This document shows positions 1 through 14,289 of a stretch of DNA of 64,000 nt, piece after piece (within the stretch, counting starts at the first letter, position 1; each line of letters opens with the position of its first letter). Made by a program: the position numbers and the translations under genes. A model generated the notes under the pieces. The model was not told where the DNA came from. It did no database searches and worked only from the letters and a program-made list of their open reading frames with translations. This DNA comes from Blasia pusilla (taxonomy: Eukaryota). Location: the NCBI GenBank assembly GCA_050084515.1, contig CM114271.1, positions 3,968,001 to 4,032,000 of the forward strand. The letters run 5' to 3'.

Positions 1-278
1 TCCGATCGATGAGTAGATGCAGTGGAAGATCGCGCACAACGGAACGATCGATCGAGCGAGCCAAAGCAGCACCACTCTCGCAGCCCAAGCCAGAGCAAGG
101 AGCGGCAGACGCGAAGGGCCCCCCAGCTCTAGAGCCGACAGCAGCTCAGGCAAACCCCCCTCGACACGCTCTGCCCTGTCTCCTTCGCTCCCCGCCCCCG
201 CCCCCGCTCCGCTCCGAGCCTCCCTTCCGCTCTTCACGGCCGTCGCCCGCAGAGTCTCGACTTCATCGGGCTCCCCAC

Positions 279-455
279 GGCCGACCGCGGTTATCTACGA
301 CTCCGGGAACTGAGACCACTGGGTCGCGGTTTCTCCTCAGCTATACTGCCTGCGTCTTCCCGGAGGCCGACCGCGGTTATCTACGTCTCCGGTACCTGAC
401 ACCACTGGGTCGCGGTTTCTCCTCAGCTATACTGCCCGCGTCTTCCCGGAGGCCG
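279..455 (+). repeat. Tandem duplication, 2 x 86 bp, GC-rich
   Basis: ggccgaccgcggttatctacg...tcttcccgga starts at 279 and again at 365, with few mismatches. Confidence 0.9.
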
Positions 456-1779
456 CCTCGGGGTTCACCGAGCCTGAGTGTCGCAGCGAATCCGCTGTCC
501 GAACCTCCACTATAGATGAACGCCCTCGACCGTGGTTTCGTTCAGCCCACTGCGGTGTGTGCAGAGGGTGATCATGGAGGAACTCCGGTTTAGCGCGGTA
601 GAGAAACGCGCAGTTCATCCAATCCGCTGTTAGCTGTGCCGATCACGGGCGACCCGCTCACTGCGGTCACAATCGTGGCTGAGCTAAGGGCCTCTCCGTA
701 CCGCGCCGTCCCACGTCTCGGCTTTCGTCTCTGTTCGTTCGGTCGTGTCGTGAAAGCTTTCGGACTGTGCGACCGTGGTGTTTGAAGCAGACGTCTTTGG
801 CGAAAGTCGTGGGCGCCTGGAACGTCGGCGTGGTCGACCGCTCCAAGATCATCACCGCGACGTTCGTCAATAGGCGCGGCGTCGCGCCTCGATGAATGTA
901 GTGTAGTGGTTTGATGCATCAGGTCTCCGGTTGCATTTTGCCATGCAACCGGAGACCTCAGATCCGCCATTTCATATGCCGTTTTTTGGTGTAGAAACTA
1001 CTAGGGCTCCTTTGATAGTTGGATAATCTATACTAAGTTCTGGGTTTGAAAAAGGGTTTATGAGAAGACTACTAGGAGAAACCAGGAGGAGAAAAGTTAC
1101 TCCACATGTTAGTGCATTAACATGGGGGAGTAATGAATTGGGGAGATGTGATGGCTTTACTACGGATTACCTCACATCTATATGACGGTAATAGGCAGTT
1201 GAGAAGTCCATATCCAACGGATGAAAAGACTACAAAATAACTTGCATTCCACAGCCTCTCCACTCATAATCGCCTACTAGTGACGAGGTGATAAGGTGCA
1301 CGACCGATGCATGGGTATAAATCCGCGTGTTTGTGTAGTACTACTAAATTCTTTATTTCAACCAAGTATTTTTGTATGCTGCATTTCGCGTGTAAGCACC
1401 TTCTTTGTTTGAATGTTCATTGCTTCCAATCATAATGTGTATGGAACTTATTTTCCCTACCCTACATAGTGCTACATATAATTGACCATGAGATAATACA
1501 TGAGTAGCTTAATAAATTCTAATATTTTCTAGAGTTTGACCTTTAGACTTATTAATAGTCATAAAGTAGGAAGAATAGGAAATTGAAACCTACGTAAATC
1601 AAATGGCATACTAGAATCAAATGTGATCAATGGAATGGGTGGAATGAAAACTCGATCTCCAATATTCTTCACTGTGATGATTTTGGCATCTATGCAATGT
1701 CACATGAATCCACGAATTACTAATCTTGTCGCGATCCTCATAACCAAACGAACACCAAGCGGAACTTTAGCAAGCTCAG

Positions 1780-3630
1780 GCCTGGATGGTTGCGCTTTGA
1801 AGAGGTCTCTTCGAGGAGTCACAAAGACAAAACGCACCAATAGAGTTTGTGCGTTTCATGCGTTTATGGTTGTGACCAGGAAACTTGTACCAAACGTGAA
1901 CCAAAACTTGAGAGGAGTTGAGTCTAGAAAGGTTGGTTGCCAAATAGGTGAGAACTGGATTTGGAACGCGACTAGTGTTTGGGGTTTTGACTGTGTTTTG
2001 GACCATAATGTTTAGTCCCGATATGCGTTTGGTACAAGCAAGATTTTCGCGACCCTCTTAACCAAATGAGCGCCAAGGGGAACATCCGAACTGTAGCGAG
2101 CTCATGCTAGGATGGTTTGCGCTTTGGAGTTAGAGAAACACAAGTGTGAGACGTAAGCACAGCGAGCGTTTCAAGTGTTTCATGTGTTTATGGTCGCGAC
2201 TAAGGAAAATGGAACCAAACGCGAACTGGACTTTAGGAAGATGAGTCTCGGAAGGAGACGTTGTCAAGGGTGAGGACCGCACTTTGGCGCGCGCTAGCGT
2301 TTCGAGTTTCCGAATGTACTTTTGACCATAAATTTTAGTCCTGAGATGCATTTTGGAACAAGTAAGGTAGCGTTGGAAATCTTGTGCATAACCGGTTCCA
2401 ACGCACTAAAGATCTTGGCAAACGCTTCAGCAGAAGCCGAGATATGGGCCAAAACCGACTATAAAGGGGAATCGGTTGAGAACCAAAAAAAGGGGCACGG
2501 GTGCTCCTTCCCAAAGGTAGGGGGGTCCCAGAGATCCCCATAAGTACTAGTAAGGGGAAGGTCTCCAAGGGTGATTGGGACTCGAACCCATTTTGGGCGC
2601 CATGGGGCGACTCAAGGGCACGGAACGGATCGGGAGTTTTGGCGTTGGGATTCAAAACCCAAACCAAGTCCAATAGAGTGGATTTCGGAGGTCCCTATTG
2701 GATTCCAACTCGTGACTCATTATTTTGAGTCTCGGTTGGGGGCTCATGCGAGGTCCATTGGATAGTTGGGACCACTAGGTGCGCAAATATTGTTTTAGGT
2801 TCTTGGACTAACCATAAAGTCTGTCCCAAGTCTCGGAAGACTTGCCCGTGTTGAGAACTTAAGAATGAGGGAAGGTTGAGTTTGATGAGATGCTGAGTCG
2901 AGGATTTGGTGGGTTGGAAGGTTGCTTGACCCAAAGCCAGACTAACGTGAGTGCGTTTGGGTGCACGTTTGCGATGAGAGCGTGTCCTACTGAACGTTAG
3001 CTTCAGCAACTCTAAGATTGACGTTCAAGAGAGTAGTTGCACGACAAAGGTGGAATTGAAAAGCTTATGCAAAGTTGATTCCAACACACTAGAGATCTCA
3101 ACAAAGGCACAGCAGAGGCTAAGAAACTTCCCAAAACCGACGGTTCTAGGAGTTGGGTTGAGGGCCAAAAAGAGGGGCTCGACTATCTTTTCCCCAAAGT
3201 TAGGGGGAGGGCAGGGATACCCAAAAATACCAATAAGGGGGAGTGTCCCCAAGGATGCTTGGAACATGAACCCCACTTTGGGATGCTATAGGGAGGCTTA
3301 AGGGCACGGAATGGAGCGGGAGTTTGGTGTTGGGACTCGGAACTCAAACCTCCAAAGGGAGTTGATTTCGAAAGCCACACTTTGATTCCAACCCTCTACT
3401 CATTTTAATGAGTCTCGGTTGAGGGACTAATCTGAGGTCCATTGGATGGCTGGGATTTCAAGGCGTGAAACGCCGTCCGAGGTCCCTAGACTGACCGAAA
3501 AGTCTGTCCCAAGTCTTGAGAGACTTGCCGATGTTGTAAAGCAAGAAACTATGAAGGTTGAGCTTGATGAGAGGCCGAGTCGAGAGCTCGGTGAGATGGA
3601 GCGTTGATTGACCTAGACTTGACTAACATG
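1780..3630 (+). repeat. Unclassified dispersed repeat with internal duplicated modules
   Basis: Module A (ggatggttgcgctttg...gagtct) at ~1783 and ~2111. Module B (ggcacggaa...aagtctgtcccaagtct...gactaac) at ~2617-2947 and ~3303-3627. Homologous copies at 14300-15550. Confidence 0.75.
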
Positions 3631-3779
3631 ATAATTTGACTTGACACATAGTAGCTGGTTCTTTCAAGGTTTTACCGGCTAGGGAGGGGAATAGGGAGGG
3701 CATGAGGACGCAACCCCTTGCATGCGCCCAAGTTTCTTGGGCACACATAATGTAGTAACCCTACTAAAAATCTATGACC

Positions 3780-6700
3780 TTCCAACCTTTGAACTCTCGT
3801 GTTTGTTGTTAACTTCATCACCTTAACATAAGACCATAGAGAATATCTCTTTACAGTAGCTTGGATGAGTTGTAGGCGATCCCAATGACGAACGACATAC
3901 AAGACTTGACGGAAGTCTCCACCAAATATGATCAATTTTCCACTTATTTTTATTTTTTGAAAATTCATCAGAGATCAATCCCATGATATCTTGTAAAGTG
4001 CGATTCACTACCTCGAATGCATGGCAATGAGTCATAGAAGCTTCGACCCATATAATGAGCATTACGAGACGTATTAAGCACATTGCATCATTATTGACCA
4101 TTAAACTATGGATGACATGTGAAACAAAACTATAACTTTTTCTACTTAGAGATATTACAAGAGTACCATACAATTGGATACTAGGTGCAAAAATGATACG
4201 TGTATTAAAATAAAAATTCACACATGTGGATATGAAATGTATGAAATGCTAACTTGCAAGTAGAGCTCTCATGAAGATTGATGGGAATCTTGTAGCGTGA
4301 ATGTATCATTCATCCTCCGTACAAAAATAAGGCGGCTATCCCTGATGATGCCATTGCCGAAGAAATACCTCTTGCACTTCGCACACTTGCAAGCATAAGA
4401 TTGTGCCAAAATGGTTTTCTTGTTCCACTTGGACTATCAATAAAGAATATTTTTGGAGATGGCAAAGCATTATGGCAGATTACATCAAACTCATCATGGA
4501 TAGAATACCGAGTAACACGTTGGCCTTCATTCGAACTCGCTTCTCCCAATTTCACTAGTTCATATAATTATTCTATATCACATTATAGCCCTCGTTTCTC
4601 TAAATATGAATGTAAGTGGAGGTTTTCGAAGTTAGCTTAGGGCATATCTAGAAAATCAAACAATCTCTTTCCTTGATTTTGCACATAATAATGCACTTCC
4701 AACAATGCAATATTAATGATATCATCACCAATGGGAAAATTAGGAATTCTGCTTTTTTGCACCCTAAGAGCACCAAACATGTAGAATTCATGATTAGATT
4801 CCAAATAGAAGCTAGAATGAAGGAAGAATAAATGATGGAAAATTTTATATGGAAAAAATCTTACATGATGTCGCTCATATTAGATATCTTCTATGAGTGG
4901 AGCAAAAAATTGACTCCACCATATAGCATGAGTGTTGTAAATGAAAATAATTGCAAATAGATGGCAAAGTGAAGAGCCCGTATGGATTATAGAAGCTTTT
5001 TAAATCAGGAGAACACTTCCCTATCATCCTCAAGAAGTCCCCATTGGATAGCAACCTCTTTCAATATGGGACATAACACTCCATCCACATTCTCTAACAT
5101 TCGTATGAAGTTGCTACTAGAACATGATGGAGAAGTAATCTCAACCAATAGAATTCTCCTTCATCTGTGAATGAATGAAATGAATCAGCCTATCCCATTC
5201 TATAATACTTCCATAGACTAGAACGTGGCACATAAAAGTAGGACCCAATATGCGTAAGAAGGATGAAAACAAAGTCATGAGTATTTATCTGGATCGGATG
5301 AATAAGGTATAAAGAACCAATAGGCTGGCCATAACCATTTTCTTTTGCACCCTATAAATCCAAGTCTTATTACTCCACTCAAAGTGTGAAGGAAAATCAA
5401 TATATAGATATTGTTGAGCAAAGTAGTCAATTAGATTTGTTGCAAACCATTGTGTTAGAGTCGTCTCTCTCTTTTGTTGCAAAACAATCTGAGAAGCATC
5501 AACATCATGGAAGTAAACTATTTATTGCTCTAGAAGATGAACTACCAATCATACAATGTGCATGTAGATTAAACTTGAAGAGTCGCCAACATGCCTTTGA
5601 AGAAGATACATAACTGCAAAATGAATTTCAAGTATTGAAGTATGATGGGTGAGTAGAAATGATGAAAAAAGATTAAGGTTAGAGGGAAATTAGTCATAGC
5701 AACCTCGCATCAAGATATGATATTATCTCATCGATAATGTCTATTGGTCTGGATGTAGCTGTATCTTTTGATAGTCCGAATGATACCACATCATATCCCT
5801 GATATGCATATGTATATAAGTATTTGACATCATAAACACTACTTGTGATCTCCAAATTTCTATGAAAATTAAGCTAGTTGCACAACATAGGATTGTAGGG
5901 CATCGTCCATCGGTTATCCAATAAATGGTCATACTTCTTTACCTTCCTTCATTCTCTCTCCTACAAAAAAAGCAAAACCAAATTGTAAAACGGTACTCTC
6001 ATACCTTGGTAGGTTGAAGTAAAAAATTAAGGCATGGAAAGAAAAGATAGTAGATTTGATAAATGAGATAACCATCTTCAGTCTCTATGGTGCTCGTAGC
6101 AAAAGTTTTTGGATAGCCTTTTGTACATTTTTTTGTTTCTTTACCCATACATGGTGCATTTTGATTTAACGGTCCACATGAATCCTGAATCATGCAATTC
6201 ACAATGGTAGAATAAAGCTTTGGATGGTTAGATTCATCAAGAATTTGTATTGATATGATATGGTCGTAATCAGAAGAGATTTGTGGTCTATCCTCCCTTC
6301 CTAAAACAATAACAACATACATATGCAATAGGCCCCTCTTGTGGAATTTCACCACATGAATGCATCCTACAACTCGACCCAATATGTGCTTGTTAAGAAT
6401 AAGTCGCAAAAACTCATCTTTGTACTTCTAAAAAACTCACACGACTAAAGTTGGTCGATCTACACTTGATTAACCGCATAATAGTGTTGATGTAATCTCC
6501 TCCCACTTAGAATTGCATGTCATGGTCAAAAAGTAGTTAGGCTTTCCCAAGTGTCTCGCAATTGCCATTGCATCTTGATACAATTGATGCATATGATGTG
6601 GAGCTCCGGTAAAAGAAGAGGTAAATACAATACGTTTCCCAATGCATGCTCGTGCTCTCCACATCATATCGATGGATGACATCCTCTACACCTTGATATA

Positions 6701-8702
6701 ATTCAGCCTTCAACTCCTTCTGATTTAAACGCACCCATGATAATTGTTGCATTTATACAGTGGCATAGAGATCCACCATATATTTTTTAGTAAATCGACC
6801 AAATCGAAGGATTCGGTTGTTATTATATGCTTCAATCCGTGTTTGAAGTCGAAAATGTGGAAATTGCAATGTCTTAACACTCTTCATCCTTGTTTCCTCA
6901 ACCATATTACTATCAACTCTCTCCTCTTCCATGTTATCATTTGACAATTTAGCATCTCCTACCTCCCCATGATCAATACTTCTTGCAGATAGTGATGTTC
7001 AATTGCATTGCATTCTTCCCAAAGGGTATTCTTGGACGGGAACCTACCTCACCGTACACAAATAAAAATACAAAATTTAGTGGAATATATGCTTCATTTA
7101 GGTCGGATATACGCCTTACTCCTCCTCCATATAGTCGTACAATTATATCACGATGGTCAACGTGTTTACTTCCATCGGCCAACAAAATAACAACTACCTC
7201 AAAAGCAGTCGGTAAATTAGAACGCTTTGCATCGAGGCTTCTCTTACTTGCCTTCAGAATGATCTGCATATTAAGGTCACTTGCTTCATGTGCCATGTGA
7301 TGAAAAAATTTCATATGTGGATTGCAATTGTATAACATCTCTTGTTTCCGACATATCTCCGAGTTTATGATGACCACTGGTACGACTGAAACTCCTTTGT
7401 AATCGTAACTTCCTAAGATTAGTTTCTTGGAAGTTTAGACAGCTTGCAAGATTGAGTAGTGTATTTACTCTTATTCTCCTATCAATATTAGTCGGGGGAA
7501 AAATTGTATAAGCATTTGTTATATTGGCACTTTGTACTGGTAATGGAATTCCACAAACTATAGAAGGCATATGATGTACTATTGAGGTCATTTCATTCCC
7601 AGCAATACAAAGAGTGGAAACATCATCGCCGACTTTATGCAGAGGTACACATACTTGAGTAGAGGCAAGGGTAGGTCCTAGTGTTACATAAGTAGTTGGG
7701 CCACAGGTAGAAGCATTCTCGAAAAATTTCAGGGAGTGAAATGATGGTTGACTCAACTCTTGGCGAAGCATAAGTGGCAACTTGTAACACTTGTCATGTA
7801 GAATCTTTCCGAATAACTTTATTTTCTTCGGCTCTGAGATGAACTCCATGATTTGCCTCTACCATAACTCCATCCTTGATCAAGGGTCGGAAATAAGATT
7901 AAAAAGAATAAAGTACTTTCATTTGGCTCTAATTATGATAATTGAAGTTAAGCAGCCTCACTATAAAAAAAAAAATTTGGGGATATTAAAAAATGACCTT
8001 ATGCACGAACTTCCATGATGTGGCATTTCAATATTTGAAATAGTTGGAATGGTTTTAGTTATTGAGGTAGAAATAGGTTGAACTTCATGTGTTTTCCTTC
8101 TTCTCTTGTATTCTCAATGGAAGGTCCTAATTTTTTCTTTGATAAGTGCCCTTTTATCAGCACGAATGGCCCGTTTTCAGTTTTGGGCTTCTCCATGTAG
8201 GATCTTCCAAAAGGCACGTATATCTAGGGGATTGGATGGAATCGAAAGTCTGAAACAACATATAATTGATGAAAACTGAGTGTATGATATTATGAAGTGC
8301 AAGCACATTCACATGTTCAAGGATCAAATATGGAATTAACTTACGTTAGATATGTTTCAATGAACATAAAGCTTTCCATGTTTGGTTGTTGGGCCATTCT
8401 TGCCCCACAACGGGCTCAACTTCTTTTTTGAGCCTCTGCACGAATCAACTTGTGGAAATCATGCAAATATGTATAATTCGTTGGATGAGGAAGTTTGCAC
8501 AAAATTTGTGGATAAGTACACGATTTAAAGACATCAACATTAGATTTCAAAGGCATTGCAGAAAATGATTGTGCTTACGTTGGAGAGGTTAGTTTCAATA
8601 TGCTTACTTGCGCCCCCCAAGTTGCGAAGAAATCGCTATATTTGTGATATTAGCAAGCGAACGTCTCTCCACATCTCCCAATATGCAATGACGACTCGCC
8701 AT
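3780..8702 (-). pseudogene. Degenerate Helitron Rep/PIF1-helicase (RepHel) gene
   Basis: Minus-strand fragments in the expected order. Rep region: RDIIVRLYGGGVRRISDLNEAYIPL, NQKELKAELYQG, SFTGAPHHMHQLYQDAMAIARHLGKPNYFLTMTCN, and KFHKRGLLH (consensus EFQKRGLPH). PIF1 helicase: FFIDSPSGTRK, ASSGIAA, EASM...VNRTLQDIMG, GKLIIFGGDFRQVL. Many stops and frameshifts; helicase C-terminus missing. Probable 5' exons up to an ATG near 8702 are less certain. Confidence 0.9.
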
Positions 8703-9599
8703 CTACATAAGCCATGACATATATAATACATAGAATAAACTATGGTGAAAAAAAAAGAGGTTCAAAAATTAAAATTTGCTATTTGTAAGAAAGACTCGAC
8801 AAAAAGAAGTAGGAGAAATGATTTAAAGACGAAATACTTGAAGGGACAAAGGTAAAATTTCGAGGAAAATGGAAAAAAGGAAGGTAATAAAGGAAAAAAA
8901 GAAAATTTTCAATAAAATCAAAAGGAAAAAGCCAAACCTAGATCCTAGCCTAATGCGACACTTAATAAAATAATAAGTTCAATAAGAAAAAAAAGATTGA
9001 ATCTAAACCCTACCCTAACTCCTAACCTACCACGACCCTACAACAAAAAATTTTGTTGCAATCAATTAGCAATCAACGGCCCTGATAACAGGGCGCCATT
9101 TTGATGGACGGAAATTCATCCTAGGTGAACCTCGGTACGTAGGCAGAGTTGGCTGGTGAGGTGCCGCCACAGGTGCGCGTCACCACTTTCCCTTGCCCTA
9201 CCCCATTGCTCTCAGTTTCCTTCTCTCTACTCACTATCCTCTCACGGACTACCTCTCTTCCGCTCCCGCTCTCACTTTTCGTGCCTCTCCTCACTTTCGC
9301 CTTGCACATGTCCTCGCTTTCGCCCTTGCCACTTCCACTTTCTTGCATGCATCGACTTTACTTTTCTTCAGGGTTGATGGTGAGCTCGTGACAAGAGATG
9401 GAGGCACTTAATGACATGTGTGGATGTGCTCGTTAGCTATAAAGAGTGCGTGTATGGAGTTGAGGGGTTGGGATTGTCGGAAGCCGCAACCATCCATGCA
9501 TGTTGTACAACACAACATTTCTCTCTCCTCTCTATCCATGTTAACACTGCACTCCTCTCTCCTCTTTGTTCGTGCTCTCTTCCTGTCTGTCATGCCTGT

Positions 9600-10530
9600 G
9601 TACTTTGAGTAAGATTGAGAAGGAGTTGAATCAAAATGTGAGACATTTATAATGCCTCGATTGGAGCTATAGGTCGCTCAAAGAGATTGACTTCTGCTAG
9701 TCTAGTAGGGCTAGCTTGGACCGAGAGCCAACACTCTCTGCATCGTCCTTTTGTTGTCTCTTGCGCATGATTTGCTTCTCACTCGGTGAGGCGGCCTTGC
9801 AACATGGGGGTTTGTTTTTCTTTTTTGAAATTGATGTCTTTGAGTAGGATTGAGAAGGATCTCAAGATACATAAAATCGATGGTTGGATTGATCAAATTA
9901 TGGCTCAAAGAGATTGAGTATTGTTAATCTTGTTGCTAGTTTGACAAATTGCTGGGCTTTGCATCATTTGTCAATCACTTCTTTTTCTCCATGCATTGTC
10001 TCATCTCTCACTTCCTTGCATGGTCTCTTCATTGTCTCTTGCGCACGATCTACCTCTCACTTGATGAGGCGGCCTTGCAACAGAAGGGGTCTTTCCATGC
10101 CCTCTTTGTGCCAATTGTGCATGTGTTCTTTGAGTAGGATTGAGGAGGAGTTGTATTACAACGTGGGGCATTTTTTATGGTTGGGTTGGAGCTATAGGCC
10201 GCTCAAAGAGATTGACTCCTTTTTATCTCGCAGGGCTAGCCTGCACCAAGAGCCACCACTCTTTGTCCACCTCTCTTACTTCCCTGCATTGTCTCATCTC
10301 TTCCTTCCTTGCATAGTCTCTACGTTGTCTCTTGCGCATGATTTTCCTTTCACTCTGTGAGGCGGCCTTGCAACATAAGGGGAAGTTTTGTCAATGAAAT
10401 TGATGTCTTTGGCATACGAAAAGGATCTCAAGAGTACATAAAATCAATTCGGGTTGGAGTTGATCAAATTTGGGTCTGAGTCTGTTGAGTATGTAGCTTG
10501 TTGGTTTGCAGTTGCCTGGGCTTTGCATCA
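9600..10530 (+). repeat. Diverged tandem repeat, ~240-290 bp units
   Basis: ctttgagta(a/g)gattgag at ~9603, 9839 and 10128; gaggcggccttgcaaca at ~9788, 10065 and 10359; gctcaaagagattga three times. Confidence 0.75.
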
Positions 10531-11486
10531 TGTTTCCAATCACTTGGCAAGGATTTTTTCTCGGCAAATGAGATTCCTTCTGTGGGATTGGGATTCGATC
10601 TTATCTAAGAGGAAGTTTGAAAGTAATCTCGATAGCCTTAAATGCAAGCATGGAAACAATTGCAACCCGCATATTTGCAGCAAAGAAAAGTTTGAATGAA
10701 AATAATTTATGTTTAGGTAACATTGTGCATAAAAAATACATGCCTATTCTACTATGGCTACTATAGAGTAATGTTACCCTATCTGCTACATGAGTTGTGG
10801 TCACAACAAAACTTAAAACTTTAGTAGGATGCATTTACTCTTGTTTCGAGTTGTCTTTGTCACTTGAGAGATACAACTAGTGGCTCTAACTTTTGAGATA
10901 GGGCATCTATGTTGACACAATGAGCACTTGTGCTATGAAGTGCTTGTAAGGGATGGTGCACCACGTTTCTTATAAGATTTTGCTCATGCATGGCCTTGGT
11001 TTTCATGAGTGGATCTCCTCACTTGATACCGTGGGGACCTAACGTCCTCTTTAGCAACATCGTTGTGTATCACCAAGGCCTCAACCGGCTTTGGGAAATA
11101 CCCCTTGTCTGATTCATGTGACACACCTTCAATAGGGAGAGAGTCTCTCCGAGCATCTCTAAACACTGCACAGTCAAGAAGACTCAACTTTGTACCCCAA
11201 GCGGGTTCATTTCCGACTCTGACTTTTTCCAAGCGCTCAACTGAATATAATCATCTTGACAAATGGGTCACAATTTGGCACCGCCCACAGGCTGTGAATC
11301 TTCAATCTTGATACTATTTTTATTTTTTTGTAGTATCTTCATGTCTCGATACACTTTTGCCTTTAGCTTGACTAGATTTCATTGCATTTCTCCAAGTTTC
11401 CATGGTTTGTTTCAACTGGCTGAATTGCACTGCACTGTAGAATATCTTGCAGAATTCGGAGTAGAAGGACTATTTTTTAGTCGAAG

Positions 11487-11950
11487 TTGGAATTGCAATT
11501 GGAGCTGAAGCTAGAATTGGTGGCTAGCGGGGAGTGCATTTTTCTCCTTACAATGCACCTTGACATGAGCAAAATATACGCAGTAGTCAATAGTAGTTAC
11601 TAATGTAGAGCACAATTATACGTATCCGAGAGTAGTATGAATCTGATCCTTCTCTGACAGTACTCAAGATTCTAAAGTATCTTGTACAACTCGAAGGAGA
11701 AGGAAAATTTTAGAGCTGAAGAAGGAGTTGGAGTTGGAACTCAAGTTGGAGCAAAAGCACGAGCTGGAACTGCAATTGGAGTTGAAGTTGAAGCTGGTGA
11801 CTAGCTGTGGGGAGTTTTCTCCTTCCAATGCACCCTGGCATAAGAAAAATATATGCAATAGTCAGTAGTAGTTCCTAGTATAAAGCATATCATACATATC
11901 AGTGTAGTAGTAGAAATCTCATCGCCTTTCCTATCATTACTCAAAACTCT
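11487..11950. repeat. Diverged tandem duplication, ~277 bp period
   Basis: tggaa(t/c)tgcaattggag...ttttctcctt(a/c)caatgcacc...tagtagtt at ~11488 and ~11765. Confidence 0.7.
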
Positions 11951-12372
11951 AAAATATTGCTCAGTAGATCTCAATAAAACGAAACCCACTCCAATGTCTC
12001 CACTTGCTTACTTGGCTCAATAAAAAAGCTCACTCCAATGAGTTGCATTTTATGAACACCTCGCACAATATCACCATGGATATGAGTGAATGCGGTATGA
12101 AATTAATATACCAATAAATCTCCCTAACCTTGCAAGCTCCTAAAACCCTCAACCCAAATTGATGGCCCATATCTTTAAGATTTTAACTGCAAATTTGAAA
12201 TGTTGAAAACGTAGACTCCATGCCTTTTTACCATCCAGAGGTGCATCAAAAATCAATGGTGAACAATTATAATGACCCTTTGGCAGTGAAAAACATGAGG
12301 TGGGATGGGAATGGACGCCACGCACCAATAGGAGGGGAGTTTAAAAAACTAAAACGCACCTTGCAATAATAA

Positions 12373-12546
12373 TATAGATTATTGGAGAGTGTCTTCTACA
12401 TTTGGAAATACCTGTGTGCTTGACATGTGGTAACTGGGCAGCAAGAAAATGTTTCCCATATTATACGCAACAAGAAACAACTTTTGAATTTGTGTGCGGC
12501 ATGGTTAGTCCCTTTGCTTCCGTGCATGGCACGGGATGTACATTAG
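12373..12546 (+). mobile_element. Degenerate mini-Helitron (non-autonomous)
   Basis: 5' part attattggagagtgtcttc is shared with the A|TC-starting ends at 41032 and 16110. 3' hairpin ccgtgc-atg-gcacgg (12520-12534) is followed by TTAG|T, a mutated CTAG|T. Confidence 0.6.
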
Positions 12547-14289
12547 TTGTCCGTTAAATTTGTCCACTCGAAAAGTATTTCATTTCGGCACAATGAGGTC
12601 ATCGGAATGTGAGCAACCAATACATGGGACTAGACCCTTAGGATCAAGATTTTCACATAAATAGATATCCATGAAATATATCATGAATACAAGTTTATGA
12701 CAATCGTGGAACTAATTTGGAACATGCAAGTTTTATGGCCCCGAGAAATACATATTCGGAAGTAATCTCAAAGATTTTGTTCAAGTGAGGATAACGGATG
12801 GTGGACTAATTGATGATGTAACGAATCCTTTTTCAAGACCATCACGTGTATACATCAGTTGCAAAGTGCCCATTGAGGTGCTGTGGAAAAAATGTTCCAT
12901 TAGACCTCTAAAATTAAGAGTGATATTATTTTTTATTGGATTATCTCATTCCAAAAAATGCATGCATCTTGTGGAAGGGTGATATAGAAATTACAATAAT
13001 AGCATGTGAGATATGGTGACAAGGTGTGGTAGTAGTGGATAATCTAGACAATGAGGATTGAGATTTATGGTGTTTTTTACGAAGGGTATTGCTTTGTCTC
13101 ATTAGATATTGAGACTTATAAGACTAGTAGCTCATATCATTCTATAGTATCTATGCTTGAAATTTCTTCATTGCACATTATCGTGCACATGCACATTGCT
13201 ATGTTGGCTAATTATGATATGACAACATGTGTACGAAACTAAAATTAATGAGATTAATATCATAAAGAATATTTCACTCATGGCATTAACTATTCCATAT
13301 TTTTACATATTGCCTTGTGAAGTATTTGCTTAGTACGTTTGTATAATTTTTTATTTAACTTTAATTGTATTTTTCACCCATCTTGTATTTAATTTATTCT
13401 TACAAGCTAGTTAAAACCATAATTTTCGCGGCGTGCCTCAAGATTAGGCCATAAGTGCATCTCATGCACACTCAGCGAGCACATTAGCAATATGATGTGA
13501 ACCAATAGATATGCTCAAAGAGTTAGGTTACGTGTAGTTGTTTCCTTGCTCTCTAGATTCTTCAACTATCTGTTGAAGCCTACAATGTTCTTTCCTAGTC
13601 AGGTAGCCCGATCCAACACAAGTTTAGGTAGATGATAATATTATACGGATTTCAGCCATATTCTATATTGAATCATTTTGTATGGTGGTGTGTTCTTCTT
13701 GGGATTTTTGGTTCTCACCACCAATGGCGGCAAGAGATCGCCTTAACAAATCAAATTCTATATGACGCATTGCAAGTTAATATTTATGTAATGCATTTGG
13801 TAGGGTCTAAATCATAATTTTAATTTTGCATCCCATTCACTCCTACACATTCAATAATACCTAATTGATTATTCTAATTTGAAGAGTTTTTTGAATAGAT
13901 GAATGTAATTGTTTTAATGTTTTCATTCCTATATTTGTGATCCTGTTCAAGCTCTATTAAAGTTTAATGTTGCCTATAATTGCATTTTTCATTCCAAAAT
14001 GTTGTCTAGTTATTCCCATTTAGTTAGTTTACGTAATAAAGAAATTAGGTTGTTACATAGTTAATCTTCATCAATCCATTCTGTTATAACCCTACATTAT
14101 TCCGGATTCTTCTTAATTATTGTTTTTATGTGATATTACACCTACTCAAAAGCTTGGATTTTTATGCAATATTAATAGATTTTGGAGCTTACCTTCAATA
14201 TTTACTCTCATTGTTTATGTACGTTCTAATTTGCCATCTTCAAAGTTGCTGAAATTTAGTGCCGCTAGGCGTGAGAACGCCGATTTGGT

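Noticed and set aside
9..970. ORFs of 168, 98 and 126 aa
   Set aside because: GC-rich, repeat-derived, with no recognisable domain.
9004..9040. Telomere-like aaaccct tract
   Set aside because: Too short and degenerate to call an interstitial telomeric repeat.
11266..11290. PBS-like tggcaccgcc after ...caca
   Set aside because: No paired LTR or gag sequence follows.
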